Source of the DNA: an uncultured Methanosarcinales archaeon
GTDB taxonomy: Archaea; Nanobdellota; Nanobdellia; Woesearchaeales; GW2011-AR4
Assembly (NCBI GenBank): GCA_964564925.1
Contig: CAZMBY010000001.1
Span: 37,929 to 101,928 of the forward strand
Direction of reading: 5' to 3'
DNA: 64,000 nt
The notes under the pieces were generated by a model. The model searched no databases. It worked only from the letters and a program-made list of their open reading frames with translations, and was not told where the DNA came from. Both the position numbers and the translations under genes were made by a program. Positions 36,417 through 45,566 of this stretch are shown piece by piece (the stretch's first letter is position 1; every line of letters begins with the position of its first letter).

Positions 36417-37517
36417 ATGTTCAACCTCAAAAACATATTGAAGAAAAAAAGCGGTGCAGATAAGCAAGAAACTAGAATTGAGTTTTTCAAGAAAAAATTC
36501 AAGAAGGCCCAGGAAAAAAGGACATTATCAGCCCAAAGGAAGCAAAGAATCAGGGAGTATATAGAAAGAGCCGGTCTTGAAGCGAATCCACAAAAGCTTT
36601 CGAAGATTTTTTTTAATACTGCCATTATAATAAACCTTGCAATATCTGCCTATCTTATCTATTACTTCTCTGTCAATTATGGGATTGAGTGGAGCGCGAT
36701 TGTAACTTCTATGCTGGTCCTATGGATCTTTATCTTTATATTCCTGGTTTTTGCATTGTGGATTATATTCTACATAGCAGTGGATTTGAAGATTTTCAGG
36801 AGAAGGGTCGATTTGGAGGATGTCTTACCTGATTTCCTGCAGTTGACTGCCGCAAACATAAATGCAGGCATGACCATTGACAGGGCATTATGGTATTCTG
36901 TCAGGCCAAGATTTGGAGTGCTTGCCAAAGAGATAGAGATGGTTGCCAAGGAAACAATGAGCGGGGTCGATTTGAAGGTTGCATTGGACAAATTTGCTGC
37001 AAGGTATGACTCCGCAATTCTCAAGAGGTCTATCAGCATGATCAATGAAGGAATAGAAGCTGGCGGGCAAATAGGAGATTTGCTTAACAGGATAGCTGTC
37101 AATATCCAGGAGCAGAAATCAATGATGAATGAGATGTCTGCAAACGTCACAACTTATGTGATATTCATAACATTTGCAACAATAGCTGCCGCGCCCTTCC
37201 TGTTCGCCATGTCAGGAGTCTTAATAGGCGTGGTAAAGACGATAGGCACTTCATTGGGCTCAGCGACAACTGCGGCTGCAAGCGCCGGCGTGCCAATAAT
37301 GTTCCAAGGCACAGGCATATCTGAGTCAGATTTTAAGATTTTTTCCGTTGTATCGCTGATAATAACTTCATCATTCTCTGCCATGATGGTATCCACAATA
37401 AAAAAAGGGAACATAAAATCAGGGATAAAATACATACCCATCTTCATAATTGTAACTTTATCGATATATTTCATTGTGCAGGGAGTTTCACAGAAATTGT
37501 TTGTATTTTTTGTTTAA
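36417..37517 (+). CDS. Type II secretion system F-family (TadC-like) platform protein
   Basis: LPDFLQL.AANINAGMTID.AL, FGVLAKE, GIEAGG; start trimmed to ATG 36417. Confidence 0.88.
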   Translation: MFNLKNILKKKSGADKQETRIEFFKKKFKKAQEKRTLSAQRKQRIREYIERAGLEANPQKLSKIFFNTAIIINLAISAYLIYYFSVNYGIEWSAIVTSMLVLWIFIFIFLVFALWIIFYIAVDLKIFRRRVDLEDVLPDFLQLTAANINAGMTIDRALWYSVRPRFGVLAKEIEMVAKETMSGVDLKVALDKFAARYDSAILKRSISMINEGIEAGGQIGDLLNRIAVNIQEQKSMMNEMSANVTTYVIFITFATIAAAPFLFAMSGVLIGVVKTIGTSLGSATTAAASAGVPIMFQGTGISESDFKIFSVVSLIITSSFSAMMVSTIKKGNIKSGIKYIPIFIIVTLSIYFIVQGVSQKLFVFFV

Positions 37518-37680
37518 ATCCTGCAATTAAATGTTTCGAACATTAATTGTGCTGCAATTCAAGCAATTACGGGAATTCACCCGCATCAATCCATATTATT
37601 GATTAGCATGGGAAAGATTTATATATTAGCTATTTAATTGATATATAAAATAAAAATGGAATTTAAATGAGGTGAAGTTA

Positions 37681-38133
37681 ATGAGTGATTCTCCTTTGTT
37701 CAAGCCGAAAAAATCCCAAGCTGCCATGGAATTCTTGATGACCTATGGCTGGGCTATACTTGTTGTTCTTGCTGCTATTGCTGCTCTTGCCTATTTTGGC
37801 GTTTTAAGCCCGGAAAAATTTCTTCCGGAAAAGTGCCTTGTAGAGACAGGGTTCACCTGCATAAGCTCAAAGGTAGAGTCTAGCCAATCCACTATCGTGC
37901 TTCAAAACAGCTACGGGAGGAGTGTTGTCATTGACAATATCCAGATTGGCAGCTGTTCCACTGCATTCACAACAACTCTGACAAGCGAGGATCAAAACAA
38001 TTTTGTGCTGACTGGCTGCAGCAACGGCGATGTAAAGGAAGTATTCAAAGGTGAGGTGATTATTAAGTACACGGAAAAGAACACCAATCTTTCAAAAACT
38101 GCATACGGCCAAATAAACACTAAAATAGAATAA
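37681..38133 (+). CDS. Type IV pilin (MTYGWA type)
   Basis: KS/QAAMEFLMTYGWAILVV..LAYFGVL..LPEKC; GAGGTGA RBS; TATA at about 37615. Confidence 0.9.
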   Translation: MSDSPLFKPKKSQAAMEFLMTYGWAILVVLAAIAALAYFGVLSPEKFLPEKCLVETGFTCISSKVESSQSTIVLQNSYGRSVVIDNIQIGSCSTAFTTTLTSEDQNNFVLTGCSNGDVKEVFKGEVIIKYTEKNTNLSKTAYGQINTKIE

Positions 38134-38183
38134 ATTTAAATACTAATGATTTTATAAAAAGAATGATAGAGGTGAATTGAATC

Positions 38184-38618
38184 ATGAACCGAAAATCCCA
38201 AGCTGCACTTGAATTTATTATGACTTATGGCTGGGCCATTCTTGTTGTTTTAGTTGCCATAGGCGCCTTGGCATATTTTGGGGTATTAAGCCCTGACAGG
38301 TTCTTGCCGTCAAAATGTGTTCTTCAATCGGGAATAGCATGTGTTGACCACAAAGCTACCTCAACATCGCTTACTGTAGTTGCTCAGAACTCTTTTGGGT
38401 ATGACTTAACGATAACTGATGTCAAAGCCCAGCAGTGCACAGCACAAACTGGATTGACAACATCATTTCCCAATGGGGGGCAGGCAACACTCGTCATGGT
38501 GTGTACAAATTCCGGAAGCAAGTACAATGGTCAGTTTAATATAACCTACAATACACCATCTGATGTTGGCGGCATTTCCCATACTAATATTGGGCAAGTG
38601 ACAACAAGAATTGAGTGA
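38184..38618 (+). CDS. Type IV pilin (MTYGWA type), probable major pilin
   Basis: KS/QAALEFIMTYGWAILVV..LAYFGVL..LPSKC; GAGGTGA RBS; T-rich terminator after the stop. Confidence 0.9.
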   Translation: MNRKSQAALEFIMTYGWAILVVLVAIGALAYFGVLSPDRFLPSKCVLQSGIACVDHKATSTSLTVVAQNSFGYDLTITDVKAQQCTAQTGLTTSFPNGGQATLVMVCTNSGSKYNGQFNITYNTPSDVGGISHTNIGQVTTRIE

Positions 38619-38855
38619 ACGAACTAATTCTTTTTTATTTTTATATTTTGCTTATAAAATCGTATGGCGAATACCCACAGATTACTTTGAAATGACTTAA
38701 AATTTCAAAGTTCACAGAAAATGCAAAGCAATTTCTTAGGACATCAAGAATCTTTGGTTTTTGAGTGATTTCCTAAAAGATAATCTGGGGGCTGAAAACC
38801 AAAACTTTAAGTAATCAAAATTATCTATAATAAAATTCAATTAATGATAAACACT

Positions 38856-39422
<567 letters not shown>

Positions 39423-39792
39423 ATTTTGCACCAGGAAGGCAAGGAAGCATACATTCTTTATTTTTCTGCACCCAAACAATCCAAAACCCGGGAGTAAATG
39501 GTTGAAAAAAGTATGCAGCAAATTCTCAATGGAAATGGATAAAATGATCAGTAAATTCGATAACAAACGCTCGGTTGCGCCTCGTTCCACTCAAATTTGA
39601 CTTCGCATGTATCGTTAGGGTTTCTCGTTTAGCGAACCATACATTAAACTTTTAGCGTAGCGACCTCTGCAAGAAGGGAAAGTTCAAGGTGAATGGTTTG
39701 CGTCAGAAACCCCCCAGCCTTAGCTGGATTAAAAGGGTGTATATGCCAATGACTAGAGCAAGGTATAGGAAAGAGAAGAGGTTGGGTGCCAG

Positions 39793-40368
39793 CTAATCAC
39801 AATATACATACTTTATCGGAAAACTGCATCCAACAGCAGCGCATGACTCGGGAGTCAATCTATTGTCTTGGTCAATTTTATCCTGTATTTTTTCACCCTT
39901 GGAATGATATAAGCATTCAACTTTGGCAATCTCTTCAAGTCGCTTATCAAAGACGCAGCATCCACAGCCGCAGGAGATGTAGTATTCTGGCTCCGGGCCT
40001 TCTTTAGCAGAATTGTTCATTTCTTTCACATAAGCACATTTATTAGAAACACATCTTGCTTCAGGAGCTGGAGCACATTCATTAATCATTCTTGAGCATT
40101 TGGAAGCATATTTTTGCATTTTGCCATAGAATAATTCTTTATCAACTTCCTTATTAATGAAATGATAGCATCCAAATTCAATATAGCTCCCTCCCAATAT
40201 CAAAATATCGCAATCAGAATCAATTTGGCAGTAGTTGGCTTTGTCGATTTCACTTTCTATATCATCATGTTGATTTTGGCAAGAAAGAGGCTGATTCAGA
40301 AAAAAATAGCCTGATCCAGCGACTATAAAGATTGAAGCAATTATAATAAAAATATGTTTCTTCTCCAT
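39793..40368 (-). CDS. Membrane-anchored cysteine-rich exported protein
   Basis: N-terminal TM; NYCQIDSDC, CVSNKC, SCGCGCC and CAAVGCS. Confidence 0.7.
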   Translation of the reverse strand: MEKKHIFIIIASIFIVAGSGYFFLNQPLSCQNQHDDIESEIDKANYCQIDSDCDILILGGSYIEFGCYHFINKEVDKELFYGKMQKYASKCSRMINECAPAPEARCVSNKCAYVKEMNNSAKEGPEPEYYISCGCGCCVFDKRLEEIAKVECLYHSKGEKIQDKIDQDNRLTPESCAAVGCSFPIKYVYCD

Positions 40369-40399
40369 AATTCAACAATAAAAAGTTAAAAAAGAAGTA

Positions 40400-43300
40400 T
40401 TAATATTCCCCTTTTCTCTTTTGCCAAGCAAAGTAGCCAATACCTGCCGCTACAACAATTAACAAGACTACAATCCATCCCATTGATGTCCTGCTTAATC
40501 CTCCCTCTGGTGCAACTGCTGTTGGTGTGGATGGTTGTGCTGTTGGAGGCTGCTCTGTTGGTGTAGTTGGAGGCTGCTCTGTTGGCGGCTGTGTAGTTGG
40601 AGGCTGCTCTGTTGGAGCTGCTTCTTTAGTTCCTATGGCAAATGTGCTTGTTCCTGGTGATGTTGATTGATAGCTGACATAATCTGCATCGCTTCCTGAC
40701 TTGGTTGTTGGCAATGGGTTCCACTGGCCATCGCTGTACCTGTACAGCACTATATCATCTTCAGAAGCCCCATTGCTTACCAGCCATGATTTTGGCACTC
40801 TGAAGTTAATTGTTGTGCTTGACGTGTCTAAATCTGCAAAATTGCTCTTTGTTATCTGCAGGTATTGGAATACTTTTGCTGCTGCAGCTGTTGAATATGG
40901 ATTTGCTTTCAGGCTATCCACACTTAATGATGGGTTTGAAACAGCATTAGCAATTCCGATTATTACTGCAGTAAAGGCTATATTCTGGTTGTTGATAGTT
41001 AAAGTTGCTGTTGAGCCTGCAGCTAACTGGTCCCATACTCTACCGACATTTGCTTCTACATTGCTTACCACTCCTCCTCCGCCTCCTCCCCCACCGCCGC
41101 TACTGCTTGAGGAGCTTGAGCTTGAAGAAGAAGCTGCTGAGCTTGTACTAAAGTTAAATGTTCCGTTCTTAGCGCAGTTTCCATTGTTGTCGCATATTGT
41201 TACGTTGAAATGGTATGTTGTAGAGGCAGTTAGTCCAGTTATTTCTACATCCTGTGAGGCATTAAAATCAGTTTGCATGGCAGCAACAGTATTAACTATT
41301 GCCCCTACTGAAGTGCCATAGTACACTGTTGCATTTACCGATTCATTGATGCCGCTTATTGTAATTGTAGCTGTTGTTGTGCCGCCGCTTGCTGAAACTG
41401 CAGTTAGATTCGGCACGTTTGGAGCTGCAGTGTCTGAAACGTTGAACTGCCACAAGTAATTGTTAACGTTGCTATCCGAGTCAGTAACCGTGAAGGTAAT
41501 ATTGAATAGGTTGTCTCCACCAGCATTATTTATTGTATTATTAAACCTCTCGGTTGAGCCAAGGCATATTCCGCTGCTCAAAGTCATTGTTTTGTTGGAA
41601 ACAGACGAGTTTATTGAGTATTTGCAACTTATGGCGTCTGCTGTTACTGATATGTTTGGAACAAACATGCCTACTAACTGGTCTAAAGCTGGTGTTGTGA
41701 CATTTACCAATGGGATTGCTGAATTGTTCACAAACCCTAATCCACTGAAATGGGGCAAATATACCCTTATCGAGCTGTTGTCTGTGTAATTCCAGCAGGC
41801 TGAAGCAGTAAAGCTTGGACTAAATCCTGCTGCGCATTCAGACAAGTTACTCTCTGCGGTGACATCATCAATGTCCGGGAAATACCATAATTCGAATTTG
41901 CCACCAATCTCGTATTGGCTCGCATTGTTAATCCTGTAATTTATTATTCCATAATATGAATTATTGTTGGGGAGGAAATCGTGAATTGTCTTATCAAACC
42001 ATATAAGCTCCTGAACTTCTGAAGTAAAGTTATTGTTTATTTGAGTCATTGTAAGCGAATTATTCATCAGGAAAGTAAAGTTCCTGTCCCAGTTTGCAGC
42101 GGAACCGTTAAATACAACAGTAACATTGTCTATTCTCTGCGAGCCGTTCATGTCCATAAACAGTTTCCAGGTCGAGTCATTAACAACCCTAAAACTGTTG
42201 CTTCCATTATTTAATGTTTCACCTGAAGCATCAGTCAAGTTGACAAAAGATATATTAGTATTGGTAACAAGCAACGATGTATTCACATAGTCTGAAAAGT
42301 TCAGAGGACCTGTTATTGTGAAAGTCAATTGGGTTGCATTTACTACATTACCTAAAGAATCATTCGCTGTCAGCTTTAGCGTATGGGTTCCGGGCGTGAA
42401 GAAGAACCACGTGCTGTTGCCATAAGTGTTATTGACACCTTGGCCGCCTGTGCCTCCTGATGTGCTTGTGTTTATTGCAATCGGTGCAGATACATTGTCA
42501 AGGTAATAACCTACAAAGGATATAGAACTGTCTTGGTCAATTGCTGAGAAATTTATTGATACGTTGCTGTTCGTAAAGGATTGTCCATTTGTTGGTGCGT
42601 AAACATAAATTGAAGGAGCCACATTATCAACAAGGAATCCAAATGTTGTTGCATTTGAGTTTCCTGCTGTGTCTGTTACAGTTACTTTTAACGACCTATT
42701 GCCCGATGTTGTTGGGCATGTTGATGCATTGAATGGGAATACCACAGTGTTGTTTTGGAAATAAACTGTTGTGCTTGAATCACAACTCGAAACATAAGAT
42801 AGGTTAGCGACACTTGCTCCTGATCCAGCAATTCCAAGCCCATAAAACCCAAGTCCCTTAACATTGTCTCTTAATATGCTTGAAGTCAGGTTTGTCTCAT
42901 TTACAGCAGCGGTAGTAATAAGATTATTGGCAGTTACGTTGCTAAAGTTTAATGCTGGAACGCCTCCGCTTTGAACCGTGAAAGTGTGATTTCTGGCTTC
43001 AATATTTCCCCATGTATCTCTTGTTTGTACTAAGATGAAGTGTGACCCATTTACCAATGTGCATGATGGATCGTTTGTTGGTGTGAATGAGCTATTTCTA
43101 AAGGCATCTGCGTTGCCATCAGAAGCGCTTGCGGTTGTAAATCTCTTGAACTTGTTGCAGCCAACTAACACCCCATCAAGGCTGACGTTGATTTCTGCCA
43201 TGCCGCTTGTTTCAATTACAGACCAGCTTACCAATGGCAATGTGGCTGTTGAACCTGTTAGATTAGAGCCGTTTACTGAAACTGTCCCATTGATTGTTAT

Positions 43301-44647
43301 AGCTGACTTTGTCGTATCATTGATGTTCACAGTGATGTTTCGTGCTGCGCCAGATTCATGAGAGGCATTAGTATTTCTATTGCCAAGCGTGTCATTAACT
43401 AATATTCTAAAGGTTATATTCTTGCCTTCAAATTCATTGCGGCCTTTTGAGGGCATGAAACTGAAATTAATACTTGCATTGGTATTTGTTCCAGCATTTG
43501 TTATATTACCCGATATATAATTATTTGTGGTATTTACAGTCTGCCAAGAATTAGCAGTTACATTAAAGAACTGCAAGTCTGCATGGGACGGTTGTGTCAA
43601 GTTATCAGTAAAATTTGCTAATACAAAGATTCTTTTGCCTTGCGCGCCTGAGCCTCCACTAGTCTGCACATCTGATGGCGCACTTGCACCATATCTATCA
43701 CAATAAGACTCTATTGCTGAGGAGCCTGTTTCATTAGTGCAAATAGTGAGATTAACGACATATGGTGGTATCTGGTCAACTGTGACTCGTGATGAAATGC
43801 CTGTGCTATAGGTGCCAAGAGCGTCCATTGCCGATATGTTTAATAGATATGTTCCGTTGCTAGTGAAACTCCTATAAGTAGCATTACAGGTTGTGGCAGC
43901 AGTGCTGATATCACCATTTGTCGCTGAACAGCTTAAGTTGGTTGTATCGCTTCGGTTTATATAGGTGAAAATCCTCACTTGCGCTCCGCCATAGAATATG
44001 GATAGGTTAATAGAATTATTTATAGTCATATTCAACCCTTGCCCAGAATCATTAACTTTGAATTGTATCGATAAAACCTCTGTTGAAGAGGAAGTGTTCA
44101 AGGATGAATTAACTGTTTGATCAGGGACTGTAAAGTTGAATTGTGGCGCGGATGAATCAAGGAAAAAAGTCAAGTTTGTGCTATTAAAGAACAAATCAAC
44201 TTGCGTGCCATTAGAGCTATTAAGGCAGCCAATGTTCCAAGTAAAGTTGCCATTTGTGCTGAATGTGTAGTTAATGTAGCTTATACTGTTATTAATAATG
44301 CCATCAGTATTTGCATTAATTCCTGTCCCATTTGTTCTGTTTGCTGCACCAACCCAGCCGTTATTTCCATTGAAACCACTGATAGCACTTGTTGTATTGA
44401 TGTACAATGTACAATTCGACTGATTTTCAGAGGCACGATCCCAAGTTACATTAAATGTGAAATTTACGTTCCTGCCGATAGAATTATTATAAGTATTGTT
44501 CAATGGCGCTAGCAATTTTATTGACATTGCTTGAGTATAGAAAACAGTCATTAAGAAAATCAGAGCTATGCATAAAAACAGCGCAGTATTCACTTTCGCA
44601 TCTTTAGAATTAACTATAGCGCTAAAACCCTCTTTTTTCATTATCAC
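40400..44647 (-). CDS. Large surface glycoprotein with Ig/FN3-like domains, PGF-pre-PGF domain and C-terminal TM
   Basis: PHFSG; GLTASTTYHF; Ser/Gly linker; FQYLQI..FRVPKSW..VLYRY..W..LPT..SPGTSTFAIG; PTEQP linker; TM plus KRK. Confidence 0.85.
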   Translation of the reverse strand: MIMKKEGFSAIVNSKDAKVNTALFLCIALIFLMTVFYTQAMSIKLLAPLNNTYNNSIGRNVNFTFNVTWDRASENQSNCTLYINTTSAISGFNGNNGWVGAANRTNGTGINANTDGIINNSISYINYTFSTNGNFTWNIGCLNSSNGTQVDLFFNSTNLTFFLDSSAPQFNFTVPDQTVNSSLNTSSSTEVLSIQFKVNDSGQGLNMTINNSINLSIFYGGAQVRIFTYINRSDTTNLSCSATNGDISTAATTCNATYRSFTSNGTYLLNISAMDALGTYSTGISSRVTVDQIPPYVVNLTICTNETGSSAIESYCDRYGASAPSDVQTSGGSGAQGKRIFVLANFTDNLTQPSHADLQFFNVTANSWQTVNTTNNYISGNITNAGTNTNASINFSFMPSKGRNEFEGKNITFRILVNDTLGNRNTNASHESGAARNITVNINDTTKSAITINGTVSVNGSNLTGSTATLPLVSWSVIETSGMAEINVSLDGVLVGCNKFKRFTTASASDGNADAFRNSSFTPTNDPSCTLVNGSHFILVQTRDTWGNIEARNHTFTVQSGGVPALNFSNVTANNLITTAAVNETNLTSSILRDNVKGLGFYGLGIAGSGASVANLSYVSSCDSSTTVYFQNNTVVFPFNASTCPTTSGNRSLKVTVTDTAGNSNATTFGFLVDNVAPSIYVYAPTNGQSFTNSNVSINFSAIDQDSSISFVGYYLDNVSAPIAINTSTSGGTGGQGVNNTYGNSTWFFFTPGTHTLKLTANDSLGNVVNATQLTFTITGPLNFSDYVNTSLLVTNTNISFVNLTDASGETLNNGSNSFRVVNDSTWKLFMDMNGSQRIDNVTVVFNGSAANWDRNFTFLMNNSLTMTQINNNFTSEVQELIWFDKTIHDFLPNNNSYYGIINYRINNASQYEIGGKFELWYFPDIDDVTAESNLSECAAGFSPSFTASACWNYTDNSSIRVYLPHFSGLGFVNNSAIPLVNVTTPALDQLVGMFVPNISVTADAISCKYSINSSVSNKTMTLSSGICLGSTERFNNTINNAGGDNLFNITFTVTDSDSNVNNYLWQFNVSDTAAPNVPNLTAVSASGGTTTATITISGINESVNATVYYGTSVGAIVNTVAAMQTDFNASQDVEITGLTASTTYHFNVTICDNNGNCAKNGTFNFSTSSAASSSSSSSSSSSGGGGGGGGGVVSNVEANVGRVWDQLAAGSTATLTINNQNIAFTAVIIGIANAVSNPSLSVDSLKANPYSTAAAAKVFQYLQITKSNFADLDTSSTTINFRVPKSWLVSNGASEDDIVLYRYSDGQWNPLPTTKSGSDADYVSYQSTSPGTSTFAIGTKEAAPTEQPPTTQPPTEQPPTTPTEQPPTAQPSTPTAVAPEGGLSRTSMGWIVVLLIVVAAGIGYFAWQKRKGEY
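40540..40620 (-). repeat. Short tandem repeats encoding a PTEQP/PTTQP linker
   Basis: ggaggctgctctgttgg occurs three times. Confidence 0.85.
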
Positions 44648-44822
44648 TCCTCTTTAATGTAGCAACTTATGTGGCAAATGATAATTGTTTGGGCAACATA
44701 TATTTAAACTTTTTGATTTTGATGATATTGAAACATATCCCGATTCCGCATAAGTTTAAGAATATTAGAACTTTGGTGATATTTGCCATAAGTGCCTCAA
44801 AAAATCCTTCAATTAGCTCAAA

Positions 44823-45164
44823 ATGATAAGAAACCTGACAAAAAAGAAGATTATAGCTGAAAATACCAGAATCTGCGGTGATATTTTCTCAAAATTTATG
44901 GGATTGATGCTCTCAAAGAAACAGGAAAAGGCATTAGTCTTTGAATTTGAAAAGGAAAAGAGCATCTCATTGCACATGTTTTTTGTCTTTTATTCAATAG
45001 ATGTATTGTTTCTGAACGAGGGTAAGATTGTTGTCGATAAGAAAGAAAGCTTCAGGCCGTTTACACTCTATAAATCAAGGAAAAAAGCGATGTACGCTGT
45101 TGAACTGCCGAATGGAACCATAAAGATGACAAAAACTGAGATAGGCGATAAAATTGAGTTTTGA
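44823..45164 (+). CDS. DUF192 family protein
   Basis: GLM..LVF..LHMFFVFYSIDVLFL..YAVELPNG..GDKI. Confidence 0.85.
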   Translation: MIRNLTKKKIIAENTRICGDIFSKFMGLMLSKKQEKALVFEFEKEKSISLHMFFVFYSIDVLFLNEGKIVVDKKESFRPFTLYKSRKKAMYAVELPNGTIKMTKTEIGDKIEF

Positions 45165-45309
45165 TTTTTTTGTATATTTTATTTTTGAATTTGTTATTGA
45201 ATAAAATTTATTGATTAAGCAAAGTCTACGATGAATAAATTCAATATGCTATACGTTTAAAAAAACAATAATCTTTAAATAACGAGAATAAAAACTATGT
45301 TACCATATC

Positions 45310-45499
45310 GGGGATGTAGTACAATCTGGCCAGTATAGCCGCCTCCAGTTCATCTGGAAATCTGAGCTGGTGATATGCGAGTGAGCTCGTGCAAACTCGC
45401 TCACAGATGCACAGCGATGAAATGATTAAGGCGATAGCGGCTGATTTTCAGTGGAATCACTCAAAAGCCGAAATTAGGGTTCAAATCCCTACATCCCCA
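45310..45499 (+). tRNA. trnW: tRNA-Trp(CCA) with two predicted introns (45349-45435 at 37/38; 45444-45472 at 45/46)
   Basis: Acceptor GGGGATG/CATCCCC; D arm GTAC/GTAT; anticodon stem GCCGC/GCGGC with CT-CCA-G; T arm TAGGG-TTCAAAT-CCCTA; TTTAAATA upstream and T-run downstream. Confidence 0.9.
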
Positions 45500-45566
45500 C
45501 TTTTTATTTTTTACTCATTAACTTTATTGAAGTTCTAAAGAATTAAAAAAATCAAGAAAAAATAAT

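Noticed and set aside
26161..38618. Archaellum operon
   Set aside because: No ArlB-type archaellins or ArlF/G/J; two TadC-like genes and Q+1 pilins indicate a pilus
39670..39790. RNase P RNA or an IS200/IS605 end
   Set aside because: GGGAAAGTTC only loosely resembles the P4 motif and has no partner strand; no tnpA/tnpB nearby
40701..44512. Plus-strand ORFs over the PGF-pre-PGF gene, and similar short antisense ORFs across the window
   Set aside because: Shadows of long genes with biased codon usage; no independent signals
45349..45435. Group I intron in the tRNA (TCCAG/CTGGA hairpin as P1)
   Set aside because: 87 nt is too short and no catalytic core elements are visible
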